A program made the position numbers and the translations under genes. Shown in pieces: positions 1-18,440 of a stretch of 64,000 nt of DNA. The notes beneath the pieces were generated by a model. It ran no database searches, had not been told where the DNA came from, and saw only the letters and a program-made list of their open reading frames with translations. The stretch is from Microthyrium microscopicum. Lineage: Eukaryota. Each line of letters begins with the position of its first letter. The first letter of the stretch is position 1. The stretch is taken from the NCBI GenBank assembly GCA_010405405.1, contig MU004231.1, forward strand, positions 3,646,884 through 3,710,883. Reading direction: 5' to 3'.

Positions 1-2529
1 TAAATATAGTTAGCTAAAATAAGAAATATTTAACTAGAATATAATCTACTAATATAGCTTATATACTACTATACTAATTAGGCTCTATAGATTAAGATAA
101 GATAAGCTAAAAATAGGAATTACTTAATCTAAATTTATAAGTATAGTATAGTTAGTTATAGATTACCTATTTTATTTATAGTTAAGAAGCATATTATTAC
201 TTATACTCTAAAAGTATAAGTAGAGTTATAGAATTTAGTAATAACTTATAGGGATATAAGTCTACTAGTAAGTAATAATATAATATTAAAAATAATAAAA
301 ATTCTCTAAGTCTAGTCTTAAAAGATTAAATAAGAATTATTATTTATCTATCTTTAAGTAAATAATATATATCCTATAGGAAATTATTATTAGGGTTATT
401 AGTTAAACTAAACCCTTTTAAATAGCTATATTTTAAGTTTCTACTCCTTTAATTATTATCTTATATTATTTAGTCTTCTATAACTTCTATTTTTTCTTAC
501 TAGTAATAAGGTAAGTAATTTACTAAAATATAAATTTACTAAAGTCTTCCTTAGCCTTTCTAGTCTTTACGATATTAAGACGTAGCTTAAGTACTAATTA
601 CTTATTATCCTTATAAAATAAGTAAGTCTTATAATATCCTTCTATAATATAATTTATATAAGCTTCCTTAAATAGAATGCTTCTATTCTTAACTTTTATA
701 ATTATATAGGTAGTATATACTAATATTAGTTCTTTACTATTCTTTATTTAGAATAGACTAAGACTTTAAATTTTAGAATAATACTAATAAGAGTATTTAA
801 CCTAACCTATAGTAAAGTAATATACTATTATAATATATAATAAAGGTAATATCTTTAGAATATTTATAAGCTAAGAAGTAAAACGTTTATACTATTATAG
901 ACCTTATACTAATTAGTATTTAAGAAGTACTTAAAGTATTATTAAATTAGTATTATTAAAAATCTATTTTTAAAATAAGTAGAAAAATAATTATATAACT
1001 TAAATATTAATAGTTTTAGCGTAGTTATTAAAGATAAACACTTTTATATTACTAAATATATATTACTTCTCTAAGAACTATAGAATTAGAACCTAAAGGT
1101 CTACTTTTAGTATTAACTTCTTACTTATAGATAATTTAGAAAATAGTAATAGCTTCTTAACTATAACTTAAGTTAGAAAAGTTATTAAACTTTTAGGTAA
1201 TACTATAGTCTTTATATTATTTTATAATAAAGTTATAAAGCCTATATTAGTTATATTATCTTAAGTACTTTAATATATATATACTTAACTATAAGTAGCC
1301 TCCTCTATAATAAGTTCTAAGTTACTTACTTAGTATTTTTAGCGTACCTCTTTCTACTATTTAACTATTTCTACTTTATTATTAGCTATATAATACTTTT
1401 CCTACTAAATTTATAAATTTCCTTTATAAGCGCTATATAGAAGTATTATATTATTATAATAGCAAGTTATTATAGTTACTAGTAATTCTTTATAATCTAA
1501 AATTAGCTACACTTCTTCTCTTTTTAGAAAAGGAATAAATCTATATTTAAAACCTCTTTTTATTATAGTAGTATCCTCTTTACTATAAACTAATATTAAT
1601 AGATAATTATAATTATAATAGCTCTTATCCTTTTTAACTAATTATTTAATAAAAGTAAAAGTCTAGTTTCTATTACTTTATATAAATAGTATAGCAAGTT
1701 AATTTACTATTTTACTAATAGGAATAACTATAGCTAACTAAGCCTACTTAAGCTTTTAAGAAGTTTATAGTAATTATACTAATATTTCTTAATAAGGAAG
1801 TTTTTTGCTATATAATTAGAAATTAGTAAAAGGTAGAGATATTTATAGTAATTAAATTAGAGTAGTTTAATAGCTTACTAAATATACTTAGTTTAGATTT
1901 ATAGACTACTTAATTAAAGTAGCTTATTAAATAGATTCTAGTAATAAGGATTTATCTAAGTTTAGAGTAATTAAGTCTTTAGTAAAGCTTCTAAGTATTT
2001 TTAGTATACTTAAAATAGTTATAGTATACTTAATATTAAAGCTTATAGATATATACTTTAGAGCTATTATTATAAGTTTTAGTAAAAGAAATTATATCTT
2101 ATAGTTATTTAAAGTATTCTTTAAATATAGGAATATAAAGAAGAAAAAGAAGTAGAGAAGTTAATAAATTAAGAAATTAAATAAATTATAAATATAAACT
2201 CTTACTATTAAGCCTAAAATTACTTTATTATAAGAGGTTACTACTTCGCTTAATTACTAAAGCTTTAGCCTTTAAGGCTTTAGAGCTTTAAAGCGCTTAA
2301 CTAGTCTAGTTCTTCCTTACTATATATAGATATATCTTATAATTATTACTATCTTACTTACTCTATTAGTAAATTGCTAACTACTATATTATAATAAGTA
2401 TATCCTAAAAGAATAAAGACGCCTAACTATATAGTTAATATCTAATAGTATTCTAGGTAGCTAGTACTAATAACATCTAAGCCCTTCTAGATTATATAGT
2501 TTTAGTTTTATAAGTACTATAACTATTAG

Positions 2530-2897
2530 TATAAAGAATACTATTTTATTATTAGAATAGGTAATAAAGAGAATAATATGCTTATTATAAAGAATAGAAG
2601 GTATAATAGATATTTTATAAGTATAAAGAATATTACTTTATTAGTAAAATAAGCAATAAGTAGCATAATACACTTTTTTTAGAAGGTAAGATATATAATA
2701 AATATTTTTATAATATAAAGAGTATTACTTTATTAGTAGGACGAGTAATAAAGAGTATAATATACTTATTTTAGAGGGCAGAATATCTAATAGATATTTT
2801 TATAACGTAAAGAGCATTATATTATTAGTAAAATAAGTAATAAAAAGCATAATACGCTTATTTTAAAGGGTAGGAGACGCCTTATAATTCTTCTTAA
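2530..2897. repeat. Four degenerate tandem copies of a 92-bp unit
   Basis: The unit start (T/C)(A/G)TAAAGA(A/G)...TTATT recurs at 2530, 2622, 2714 and 2806, an exact 92-bp period. Copies differ mostly by transitions. Confidence 0.8.
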
Positions 2898-5800
2898 AGC
2901 TATATAAAGTCTATATTTTTATAATAATATACTATTATAGTTATTAGCTTACTAAATATACTTATAATAATTATTATAGGCTAGTTAGTAGTTTCTATTA
3001 GCTAAGAAAAAGATAGTATAGAGGATAATAGTACTTAGATTAAATAGATATTTTAAGGGTATAAAGAGAATAGTAGAAGTACTAGTAAGGATATAGAATT
3101 TAAATATTAGCATAAAAAATAAGAGAGGTAGTTTATAAAATAGAGAATAAGAAATATAGAAGTAAAGACTAGTAAAGATTAGAAGTTAATATAGTATTAA
3201 AAATTAATAGGTTAGGAACTAGACAAGATATAGACTATATAATTAGAACTAAGGTAAATAATTAGCTTAGAAGTAATAATATTATCTAAGATCTTAAAAG
3301 ATTATTATATAACTCTATTTATTTAACTAGATTTAGTAAGATTAATATTAGTAGCGTATAGATCTCTTACTATAACCTTCTAAATTCTAGTAACTACTAC
3401 TCCTTAATTCTTATATTAGTATTTATATAATATAAAATATCTATACTTATTTTATATACTATGTCTCTATTAGCTATTATAATATAATAGATAAGCCTAC
3501 TAGATAGAACTACTATCTTATAGAAACACCTTTAATTATAAATAACTTCTTATCTAATTTACTATTAGTATAATTATAATATAGAATATCCTTACTATAA
3601 AAGGACTAGATTGCTCTACTAACTTCTTTTATAGATTAATTAGATAGAAATAAATCATCTCCTCTCTCTAGCCTACTATATATTTCTTTAACTTACTATA
3701 TATCTAATCTAGGAATACCTTGCATCCTAAAATAAGAGCTTTATTATCTAAATAATTAATATTACTACATTATACGTAAGAAGCCTATTATAGTATTAAT
3801 TTATATATCTCTATTAGTAAAATAATAAATCTATAATAAGTGCTATCCTTAACTACTAGCTAGCTACTAGCTATATATAAGATTAACTATTAAGTTAACT
3901 ATTATTTCTTATATTAATACTAACTATATTTAATTACTAGCTAGCTTATTATCCCTTCTAGACTACTTACTAAATATTTTGTTAATTTTTAGAAGTTAGT
4001 AATAATTATATAAAATATATATATAGTAGTACTTCTATCTAAAGTCCCTTTACTAAATATCTTATTAATATCTTTATACTAGTAGTAATTTTATAAAATA
4101 TACTACTAGTAATATACTTATTAAAAGCTTAATTATTAAATTCTTTATTAGCTACTAAATATTAGAGGTAATAACGCGAAATATAAAAGTAGTAATAACT
4201 CTTAATAGAAGCTATAGTTTATATATTATATTAATCTTTAAATATTAAAGATACTAACATAGAATCTATACCTAGTATTACTTACTATCTAGAATTGTAC
4301 TATAGAAGGTATCTTATCTAGCTAATATTAGTAGTAATTATATAGAATCTCTTTTTAAGTAGCACTTCTTAGTAAAAGAGCTATATTAGTTAAAATTCCT
4401 TTTAGTAACTATTTGCAATAACTAGATAGTAGAATTAAAAAGTATAATTTATAAGGTACGTTCTCTACTCTAAGTAATATATTATTTATCTTTATTAAGT
4501 TAATAATATCTCTTATAATTTAGTAGCTATAGATTATAGAAATCTTAGCTTTTTTTAAATAAAGATATCCTATAGTATATTCTTACGTATAAACTATATA
4601 TAGTCTTATTACTATTTACTTTATATTATTATATAAGATCTAGCGCTTTATTAAAGTCTAAAACTATATAATTATATTAGACAATAATACGTATATTTAA
4701 TAATATTATAATTATAAAGAATAACGTTAGAAAGATTTAAGTTTATAAGCTAGTATTATCTTCCTTAGCTATAACTAATAAGTAAGCAAAGCTTTTAAAG
4801 TACTATTATATAGAATCTTATTAGTTATTACCTCCTACTTATATTACCCTTAGTAACTAAACTAAAGCTAAATCTAGAGCTACTAAATATTAATAGTAGC
4901 TAGAGATAGTAGATATTATTTAACTATAATTACGTCTAATAATTATAACTATATACTTCCTTATAAGTTAAGTATAACTAGAAGATTAGCTATATTAAGG
5001 AAAAGAGCATAAAATATTAGCAACAAGAGGCTAATATTAATTATTAGAACTAAACTAGATAGCATAATACTATAAACCTATTCTTTATCTTCTAAGGCAA
5101 GTAGATAAGAAATAACGTTTTTAAAACTATAGTATACGCCTTCTTATATATAATATATATATTAACTATTTTAATATTTAAAGAAATTAACGTACCTTAT
5201 TATTACTAGTTAGTTAATTTAGGACTAAGAATAAGGAACTACTATTAGATAATAAGATAAGTATTAAGTATATTTTTAATTAATTATATAGTATTTCTTA
5301 TAACTATATAAAACTATAGTTTTAATAAAGATACTAGCAATTTTAATACTAGACTATTAAAAGATTTAAGAGAATAAGTCTACTATTAGGTATAAAATAC
5401 TAGACTTTCTAATTATATATATATAAAATAAGTTACTACTTCTTATAAGAAAACTATTTAGATAGAGAAGAATTGCTTAGAGTTACTATAAGCCTAAGTC
5501 TTAACTAAAGATTAGTAAAATAATTTATAGTTTAAAGAATATATACTTATATTTATAATCTAAACTAAGACCTAAAAAATATAATAAATTAAAGGGTAGT
5601 AAAAATTAATTTAAGTATACTAGCTATTATTTAGTCTCTAGTAAACTAACTATCTACTTAGATTTTATATTATTACTTATTACTAAGTAGAGAATAAGCT
5701 ATTATCTTTTAATTTAAGCACAATATAAATAGCTATTATAATAAAGAGCTAAAAGAATAGGCTAATCTAACTAAAAGGACATTATGCGTTAATATTAACT

Positions 5801-8800
5801 TAATATTATATATACATAAGTATTTCTTAATACTTTCTCTCCTAGCTTAATACAAAGATAGTATAATAGTATAATATAAGTACTATAGAAATAAAACTAC
5901 ATTAATTAAAATTAGCTTTAGTCTAAGACTTAGACTATACTATGTAAGAGAAGAAGTTCTACTTATAGAATTGCTAAATACTCTAAATAATAAAAGGCAT
6001 ATAGAAATAAACCTAAAAGTAAAGGCTAAGTATAGTACTAATAATAAACTTAGTTAGAATTATAGGTTAGTTATTAAAAGTATAGTACTTAAAATTATTA
6101 TTATAGTTTAGAGTTATATTAGGATTTAAAAGTTAAAAGGTTCTTAGTAAGTTCTATATTATTACCTAAGTAGCGTAATTAGATAATAACTATAAATTAA
6201 TAATATTAATAGCTTCTCTTTTAAAATTATAAAGACTAAAGATTAATTTATTAAGTAGTTTAGGTAGCTAGAAAAGTATAAATATATATAAGTATATATC
6301 TATAGAGCTAAATAGAAGTATAAATTATTAGAATATAATTATAGAATAGAACTTATAGCTTTCTTATTACTAAGCTAATAGATAGCTAAAAACTAAAATA
6401 GAATTACCTTTCCTAGTATAAGTAGTAAAAGAAAGTATTAAGTAATAGTAAATTATAAAAGAGAAAAGATCCTTACTTTAAAGGTTAATAGATAAGAGTC
6501 TATATTAATAGTACTAGGTAAATAAAGTTAGTTCTTAAATAAATATAATATAGTAAAACTTATAGTCTTTTAATATAAGACTAAATATAAGATACTATTA
6601 TAATATATAGTAGATAGCATAAGTAATTAAAGTAAATAAAGATAAAGAAGTTCTTACTCTTAAAGAAAGTAAAGAACTCTAATAGAAAGTTAAAAAGTAG
6701 TATAAAGAAGTAATAAAAGTATAGATAAGTAAAAGAGTTTTATAAATAATAACTTAATTAAATAACTACCTACTTAGTAAGAAATAAGTAAGAGTAATTA
6801 GTATAGCTATAAATTATAATATAACCTAAACTAAAGTAGTAAATAATTATATAACTATTATTATATAATATAATAGCCTTTACTAGTATAATATTCTAAA
6901 GAAACCTTATAATTAATATACTATAAATAGTAATAATATCTATAAAAATAGTTATCTTTCTATAATAATAGTAGTAAGTATAAGCATTAGTAATATTAAA
7001 AGAGTATATAGAAGCTAAGAACTTATAATATTAATAGAAAAATATAGACTAGAATAGCTAAGAGTAATAATAGTTAGTAATTATAGCTAAAGTATTAATA
7101 TTAGCTATTATAGTAACTAAATATATAGAAAAAGGTAAGGAAATTATAGTTCTAATAAATAGTAATCTCTATAAGAAGAAGTTGCCTTTTACTAATATAA
7201 AGTAAAGTATAGTAAGAGTAAAGATTTTAAGAAAGGCAAAATAATAAATATAAGTATTTAATATAAGTAATAACTTAATAAGTATTAAGTAACTTACTTA
7301 TCTAATTTTATAATTTAATATTAATATATAGTAAATACGTAAAACCTATCTAGTAGTTTCTTAGTTAATAGTAATAAGTAGCTAATAATAGATAGACTAA
7401 ATTAGTATTAGAAGTACTATCTCTATAATAGAAAGACTTAGCTAAAGTCTAGTAAATAAGAATAATAGTATTAGTATTATAAAAGATACGTAGTAAATAT
7501 AATAGTAACTCTTCTAAAGCTAAACTATTAAGAATAAGGGCTATATAATTAAAGCTAAGGATACTAGGTTAATTTTCTTAGAATATATTAAAAGATATTA
7601 ATTAATAGAAAGCATATATTTAATTAATTAGCATTTATAGTTCCTTTCTTTAACTTTATCTTATTAAATTTATATTAACTTTATTAAATCTTTATATTAG
7701 TACTTTAATTATATTATATTTATTAACTTTAAATATATAATAACTTTCCTAACTATAATAAAGTATAGCTATTTTACCTCTTAAATTAATCTATATATAG
7801 TATTAAATACTAATAGTTATAGTTAAATAATTATAATAAAAATAAGAACTAAGTTTATATAATTATAATAATTCTATTTATTATAATTATATAGGATATA
7901 GAGTCTTATAATTAGAACTACCCTAAAACCTATAGCTATTTAGAAGAAGCTAAACTAAGCTTATAAAGCTAGGTTAAACCTTACCTTATAAAGATAAAGC
8001 GCATTAAGATATATCTTATAATATTAAGCTATACTAGATATCTATAGTCATTTAGTAGAGTTCTATAAACCTATAAAGCTAAATTAAACTATTAATTATA
8101 AAGAATAAAATATACTAGAGTAGTTATTATTATTATATATAAAGTATATTAAAACGCTATTCTTTACTACACTATACTTATTACTACTTAAGTTAATATA
8201 CTAACTAAACCTTTACTAATAAGTAAAATTACTATAAACTTTTTATATTTTTTTAGTAATCTTCCTAATACCTTCTTCTTCCTAGTTAGTATATTTATAA
8301 GTCTAACTATACTATAACTATCCTTTAGTAGCTCTACTATATAGTACTATAAATACTAAAACCTAGGTTTTTTAAGTATATTTCTTACCTCTAAAATATA
8401 TACTTAGTATATATAATTCCTAAGCTAGTAATGCTTATAAACATTATTACTAGTTAGAGTCTTACTAATATCTATCTCTTCTATATAACTAATATAAGTT
8501 ACTTTATACTTCTAATTAGATAATATAGCCTTCTACTAGTTAATAATTACTAACTAGAAATAATCTAGTACTAAAAAATAACTTAAAATATTACTACTTT
8601 TATAAAAATACTAAGAGATTTTCTTAACTAAACTATAAGCCTTAGTAATAACTATAGCCTTTAAGTTAAAAGACTTAATTAAGCCTAAAAAGGAAGCCTT
8701 TATAATAATAGCTACTATATAAGCTATAAGTAAAACTTTTATAACTTTAACTTCTTTATTAAAGTCTATATAGGTAGTACTATTATAAATACTAATAAAA

Positions 8801-11188
8801 GAAATTAGGGTAGTAAAAGATAGTAAGTTAAAAGAAAATAATATAATAATATATATAATAAAGAAGTTTATAATATAAGAAAAAACTTTACTAAAATATA
8901 GTACGCTAGCTAACTAAGGAAAAGAAAAAAAGGAAGGAAAAGAGCTCTAAGGCGTCTTAATAAAAAAAGTAATAAAGCTCTCTTAAGAGTAAAGAAAAGA
9001 AAGAGACTAAGAAAGTATAAATAAATTATAACTATTATTATTATTATAATTATTATTATAGACTAGCGTATTATCTCTATCCCTATTCTATATATATAAA
9101 TCCTCCTTTTCTATAGTAGAAGGAGCTTTTTTAAAGATAAGTAAATTTTCTTCTTATAAAGTAAGTAAATTACTATTAAAATTAGTAAATAACGCTAAAG
9201 ACTCTTACTTAAAAGAACGTAAGAAAGTAAGTAAAATAAAGTATCTACGCTTATTTAAGAGCTTAAGCTTAAATAATAATAGTTATTAAATTACGCCTAG
9301 AGGTATAACTATATAAGAAGACTATTATAATAGTAGTAGTAGTAGTAAAGAAAAAGAGAGAGGAGTAAGTAGATTTAAGAGTAGCAAGCCCTAGACTACT
9401 ACTTATTCTTCTTAATTATTATTACTATAATATTATTAATATTATTATTTATAATTTAAAAGTAAAGAAATATACTTATTAGTATTAGAAAGAATATCTA
9501 GAAGGTCTACGCGCTTATTATAGTACAAACGTATCTCTTATTAATAAACTATTCTAGATTCCTTAATAACTACTATATAGGCCTTTAAGCTATATATCTT
9601 TTTTTTATCCTTAAAATTATACTTAAATAAATTAGTATAAATATATAGTATATTATAGCGCACTAAATATACTAAAGGCTAGTAATATTAAGGTATCTTT
9701 AAAAGTCTAATAAAAAGCTAACATTTATAAAGGATATATAAAGCTAATATATATATTATTAAAGAACTTTAAAATATAAGGTAAAGAGAGGTTTTATTAT
9801 AATAATACTCTTATCTAACCTATACTCTTATAAAAACAAAGCCTAGTTAGTTTAGGCTATTATTTTCTATTAAAGCTATCTCTAAGAATAATATCTTATT
9901 ATTCTTTCCTAAAGTATAAAGTTCTAGTAAATTATATAAAGTTTTATAAAGATATTAGCTAATTATATACTAGAATATCTTTATAGAAGCCTATTTACTA
10001 TAAAAGCATTAATAATATAAAATAGTAGATATTATAAGGCTACCTAATTATAATAGCCTTATAATAGAATAAATCTCTTAAAGATATAGAAAGTCTATAA
10101 GTCTATTCTTTAAGTACTAGAAGCATTATAAAAATCTAGAGTACTTACTATTAATCTTAGAATTAAATATTATAGAATAAGATTAACTTACTAAAAGCTA
10201 TAATAATACTACTACTATAAGGTATAGAATAAATAGCTACTATATAATATACTTCTAAGCCTTAAAATAAAAGAAGTCTAACCTAATCTAATAATATATA
10301 ACATAAATTTTAAAAAATAGTCTCTACTATATAAATTAAAGTTATTCAAATTTAGTAACTAAAATCTTATATTATAAAACTAGGATTAAACCTATAAGAT
10401 TAGTAACTATATTATTACCTATCTATAAGCAAGTTAATAAGATTTATATAGTATTATCTATTAAATATTAACTACTTACTAGCTACTTATAAGCCTATAA
10501 AGATAAGCTATAATAGGCTTAGAATAGGTAGTATTTAAGATAATAGTCTACTTAAAGCTTATTAAATAAATATAAATTAACCTAAGGAACTCTCTTAATA
10601 TAAGGCTTAATAAATAAGTAAGGGATATTAAACTAAATATATATAAATAAGGACCTAATTTCCTAGGCTACTAAGCTACTAAGAAGTAATAAATATAATT
10701 TTAAATCTAGCGCTATAAACTTAAAAGTAATAACTAAAAATTTAATATTAATACTATAAAGATAATAATTAAGTCTAAAGAAGTATAAGAATTAGTCTAA
10801 GAGTTAAACTTAAAAATAAACCTAAATAGCCTTATATATATACTAACTAGAGGTTATTAAGTAAATAAAAGAACTTAAAACTACGTATAGAAAAATATAT
10901 AAGTAATATAGTATATAACATTAATATTAATATTAAACTTACTAAATATCTTTATAAAGCAAAGCTTTATAAAGCTTAAATATAGAGTAAAGGTATAATA
11001 AAGAGATATAAAGAATCTAAAGCAATAAATATAGTTAAATACCTATTAGGCTTTAGTCTTAACTAGTTTAAGTAGGTACTATAATAAGCTATATTTACTT
11101 CTTACCTTTTAGCTTACTAACTCCCTTTCTATAGGTACTAATATTAATAATATTACTATATAGTAGTTAGTTCCTCTTACGTACTATA

Positions 11189-11473
11189 NNNNNNNNNNNN
11201 NNNNNNNNNNNNNNNNNNNNNNNNNNNNNNNNNNNNNNNNNNNNNNNNNNNNNNNNNNNNNNNNNNNNNNNNNNNNNNNNNNNNNNNNNNNNNNNNNNNN
11301 NNNNNNNNNNNNNNNNNNNNNNNNNNNNNNNNNNNNNNNNNNNNNNNNNNNNNNNNNNNNNNNNNNNNNNNNNNNNNNNNNNNNNNNNNNNNNNNNNNNN
11401 NNNNNNNNNNNNNNNNNNNNNNNNNNNNNNNNNNNNNNNNNNNNNNNNNNNNNNNNNNNNNNNNNNNNNNNNN
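11189..11473. other. Assembly gap (285 N)
   Basis: Run of N. Confidence 1.
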
Positions 11474-14400
11474 ATCTTAAATAATCTTAGTTAATATTAA
11501 TTAATTAAAGAGTAGTATTTTATTAATATTAGATATAGAGTAGGTAGCCTACTAGAAGTATAGAACTCTATATATTAGTATTAAAAAATATACTAAGCTA
11601 AAGTAATAATTAGTTAGGAAAAGTAGTATTATACTTCCCTTTTTTTATAAAAATTAATAAATACCTAATATATATTTTCTAAATATAGCTTAACCTAATA
11701 GTTCTCTATTAAGCTCTTTTCTCTACTTATTTAATACTAATAATACTTAGTAACTAGATAGCTCTTTTATAACTAAGTAGTATACTTAAAGTATCTTTTA
11801 CTTATCTACTAGCTCTAGCTTAGATTAAGCTAATAAGTAACTCTATAAAAGTACTATAATATATAGTTCTATTAGTAAATAGAGATATAGAACTACTTAG
11901 CTTAGAATCCTTAAGAATTATAGTATTAACTATAGCTTATAATATATAATAATAAAAAGGCTTAGAAGCTAGAAAAGAGGCTAATAATCCTAGAGCTAAA
12001 CTAAATATTAGCATAGTACTAAATATACTTATTACCTAAAATAGTAAGCTACTTTAGTAATGCTATTTCTTATCTTATTTATATACTATAGCTTTAAAAT
12101 AAGCCTTAATATTAGTATAGTTAGCTTCTTACTACTATATAATAGTCTTATTAGTATCCTTAGCTAAGTTAATCTTAATTACTTATTAATTAGTAGATTA
12201 AGATATACTCTAGCTTCTTATTACCTCTTTTTATTTTCTATATTTCTATCTCTATTACTTAAGTTTAGTAAACCTTATAGGTATTAAAATAGCTAACGCC
12301 TTAAGCTTTTTAAGTAGGTCTATATTATAGTTATTATATTTATCTTAGTTATAAAGAAGAGTTACTTAATCTTTTAACTAATCCTATTCTATTAAGAATA
12401 GTAAATTACTAAGCTTAGTAGTATTAAAGAAGATATAGGCTAACTATTATTAAGTATAATAGCTTAGTACTATAAAAGATAATATACTATATTTAGATAT
12501 AGTAGAGAGTAGATATAATCTTTATATCTAGTTTTACACCTAAACTATAATCTCTTCTAAAGTAAACTAGCTATAATTATTAAGAGTTAGAAGTTTTAGT
12601 TAGGCTAATTTATTTTTATAAAAAGTAATCTTTAAAAGTAATAGGGCTAGGTTATATCTATTATAGTAAAGTAGTAAATCCTAAAGTAATAAAAATAGTA
12701 TCTAATCTTTACTAAGAAACTTCTAGATTATAATATAGATATAATTAATATTTACTAAATTATAGAACTTTTAGAAAGTTTTTACTTATTACTTAGTCTT
12801 AGGTTTAGAAAAGAACTCTATCTTCTTTAATTTTTTTTACTTCTCTATTATATTCTAGGTTAAAAGTCTAGCCTAAGACGAACTAGCTATAAGAGATTCT
12901 AGTTTAGTAGATTCTTATTCTATATTAGTAAGGCTATTTTTATTAATATCTAATATATTACCTAGTATCTATACTTATAATAAAGAATATAATAAAGCTT
13001 ACTAGGAAAGAGCTAGCTAAGACTAATATTATTATTATATAGTATAATATAATAAAAGTATATAATATATAGTAGTTTTCTATTAGCGCATTATAGCTAT
13101 ACTAGGCTTAGATATATCCTAAATAAGTTATTCTTTTATATATTTATTATATAAGTAATATAGAAGCTAAATTTTAACTATACTATAGTTACTTTTACTT
13201 TACGTACTATAACTAGTGTACTACTAAAGATTTAGTATATTATAACTAATTAGTATTTTCTAAATAATAATAAGCATAATATTAGAAATATAGTAGCTAA
13301 GCCTAAAATAAGTTATTACTACTATAATTTAAATCTTAGAGTTAAGTTTATAAAAAGTAGTATAGTAGTAATTTTAATTATACTTAAATAACTAAGATAT
13401 ATACTCTTTAATAATCTTATTAATATAAAATACTCTAGCTTTTAAATTATATAAGTACTTCTTAAAGTAATTATTAAAAAGATAAGAAGTAAGTATAACT
13501 AGTAAATAGTAAAAGTATATAAGTATAGTTTAAATACTAAAGATACTATTAATAAAAATAATTATCTTTAGTATCTTAGATAAACTACTAACTTTAATCT
13601 TATAGTTAGAGTATTTATATATATACTTATACTTAAGTTTAGGATATTAGCTAGAACTATTAATATTAATACTTTCTTTACCTAAAGGTTTACTATTAGT
13701 ATTATTCTTATTCTCTATAGAATAAAGATTAAATCTAGGACTTACTATATCTATACTAGCATTATACTTATTATTAAACTATACGTCTTAATATTAAACT
13801 TCTTCTTAGCTAGTAGTTACTTTATAGTAATTCTTATCTACTAAGATAATAGTTTTATATATCTACTAAAATATATACTATAGAATATTATAAAAATTAT
13901 TAAAAAAAGTAAGCTTACTTTTCTTAATAAAGCGTATAATAATAAAAAGATCTAGATAATTAATACTTATTCTTAATAGAGTAGTTTATTACTAATATTA
14001 ACCTAACTATTAAAAGCTACTAAGCTAAAAAACTATTTCCTATATTAGTTAACTTAAAGTACTAGTATATCTAAACTAAATAATATTCTATAGTAGTATT
14101 ACTTTAAGCTTACTAATTATAGTAAACTTTATTTAAAAGTTATACTACTAATAAACAAAATAATACTTATTAATAGCAATATACCTAATTCTTTACTAAA
14201 ACTCTACGTCCTTTAGAAGTTTTTAGAAGTCTAAAAATAATACTAGCTCTAGTAATAAGAGAATATAACTAAAGTCTCTTCTCCTTATCTTATAAATAAG
14301 ATATTAAATCTTCTCTTTAGAATCCTCTATTAGTAAATAAGGATTATATCTTACTATATTCTTAATATTATTATATTAGTCTTCTTTAAGTCTATTAAGA

Positions 14401-15779
14401 GGAATAATCTAAAGTATAATCTTACTAGTAAGAGTACTATAGGCGTATAGAATTAAGCTTTTACTAAACTTAGTTTTAGCTATTAAAAGTATATCCTTAT
14501 TACTATAGATTAATATATAAAGAGCTTAAATCTAAGCTTTTTTTAGCTTAATATCTAGATAGAATTATTTTAAAGTATTTCTTAATATACTAGACTATTT
14601 CTCTAAATAACTTTTGCTTTAAGTTAAGATATTAATTATCTTCTAAATAGTTTCTAGTTTTATTCTAAGTATCCTCCTAGTATATTTATCTAGTTCTTCT
14701 AGCTCTATCTCGTCTAAGTTATATAGTAATAGAGAATACTATATCTTTTAGTTATTAGGATAAATACTAAATTATCTCCTATTATTCCTTTATATAGCTA
14801 ATAGCTTCTTTTTAAAATCTAGAGGCGCCTTTTAAATTCTTAGTATCTTTTTAAATAGCATTATTAACTTAAGTAAAATAGTTTAGACCTAGGACATATA
14901 ATAAGCATAATAGTTTAGTAGTAAAGCATAAGTAGAGTAAAAAAACATTATTATAAATCTTCTAATATCTTCTAATATCTTTTAAGATTATCTAGATCTT
15001 ATAAGAAGTAGTAACTTTATAAGGCTTATTAAAGATTTTACTAATGTCTTATAAACCTTAATTAATATATAGCGCTAGAAGACTTTCTATATTTATTAAC
15101 TATAAGCCTTTAAAAGTCTATATATATATCCTATAATAAGGAATTAAAAGACTAGGTAGATAATAATATAGTAGCTAGTAGAATAAAAAGAGAGTATATA
15201 CTACTACTAATAATAATAACCTAAAAATAATATACTAAATTAAAATAGATATTAGTTTTAAATATATCTATATATATAAAATTATATATACTATAATAGT
15301 TATTTAGTAGTTACTAGTTAAAGATATACTTACTAAAATATAAATATATTAAATATTTTTAGATATATAGGAAAGATTAGTTTAATTTTATAGTTTCGTA
15401 TTAGTTCTAAATAAAAATAGATTTATTAAAAAGCTAGTTTCTAATTTTAGGTTTATATAGTCCTAATTTTAATCTATAGCGCTATAAAAGTAATAGTATT
15501 AAGTTATTTATAAAAATAGCAAAATTACAAAGTAAGTTACTATAAAATTTTCTTAGTTGTCCTTAGACATAACTACGTCGCAGCTAGCGAAGACTTGGCG
15601 CAATCTGATTAGCTAAGATAAACTCGGATAGGGATCTTGTGTCTAGCTCTAGCGTCAGAAGCTTGTCCTGTCCCAACTTCACCTCTTGTCCCCCGCCTAC
15701 AGCCCACCACCCACCACCCAATCTCTTCACAGCCTTTAAACCCAACGTCCCCTTTTTCCCTTTGATCCCAAGACGAGCC

Positions 15780-18440
<2,661 letters not shown>

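Larger units (their letters stand above)
1..15560. mobile_element. RIP-degenerated AT-rich repeat block (mosaic of unidentifiable transposon remnants); includes an assembly gap
   Basis: Extremely AT-rich, saturated with TpA and depleted of CpA/TpG (RIP signature). No ORF in the supplied track. Sharp switch to ~50% GC near 15560. I could not assign a family or termini. Confidence 0.85.

Noticed and set aside
2530..2897. CRISPR-like or coding interpretation of the 92-bp array
   Set aside because: Eukaryotic context, whole units repeat without unique spacers, and the period is not divisible by three.
1..15560. Attempt to assign the block to a Starship, helicase, copia or pogo element
   Set aside because: No matching termini, TSD or decodable catalytic motifs found by eye.
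15639..15779. Upstream in-frame extension of SNF1 from a GTG start
   Set aside because: Pyrimidine-rich leader-like sequence. The first ATG in good context (GCCATGG) is at 15780.
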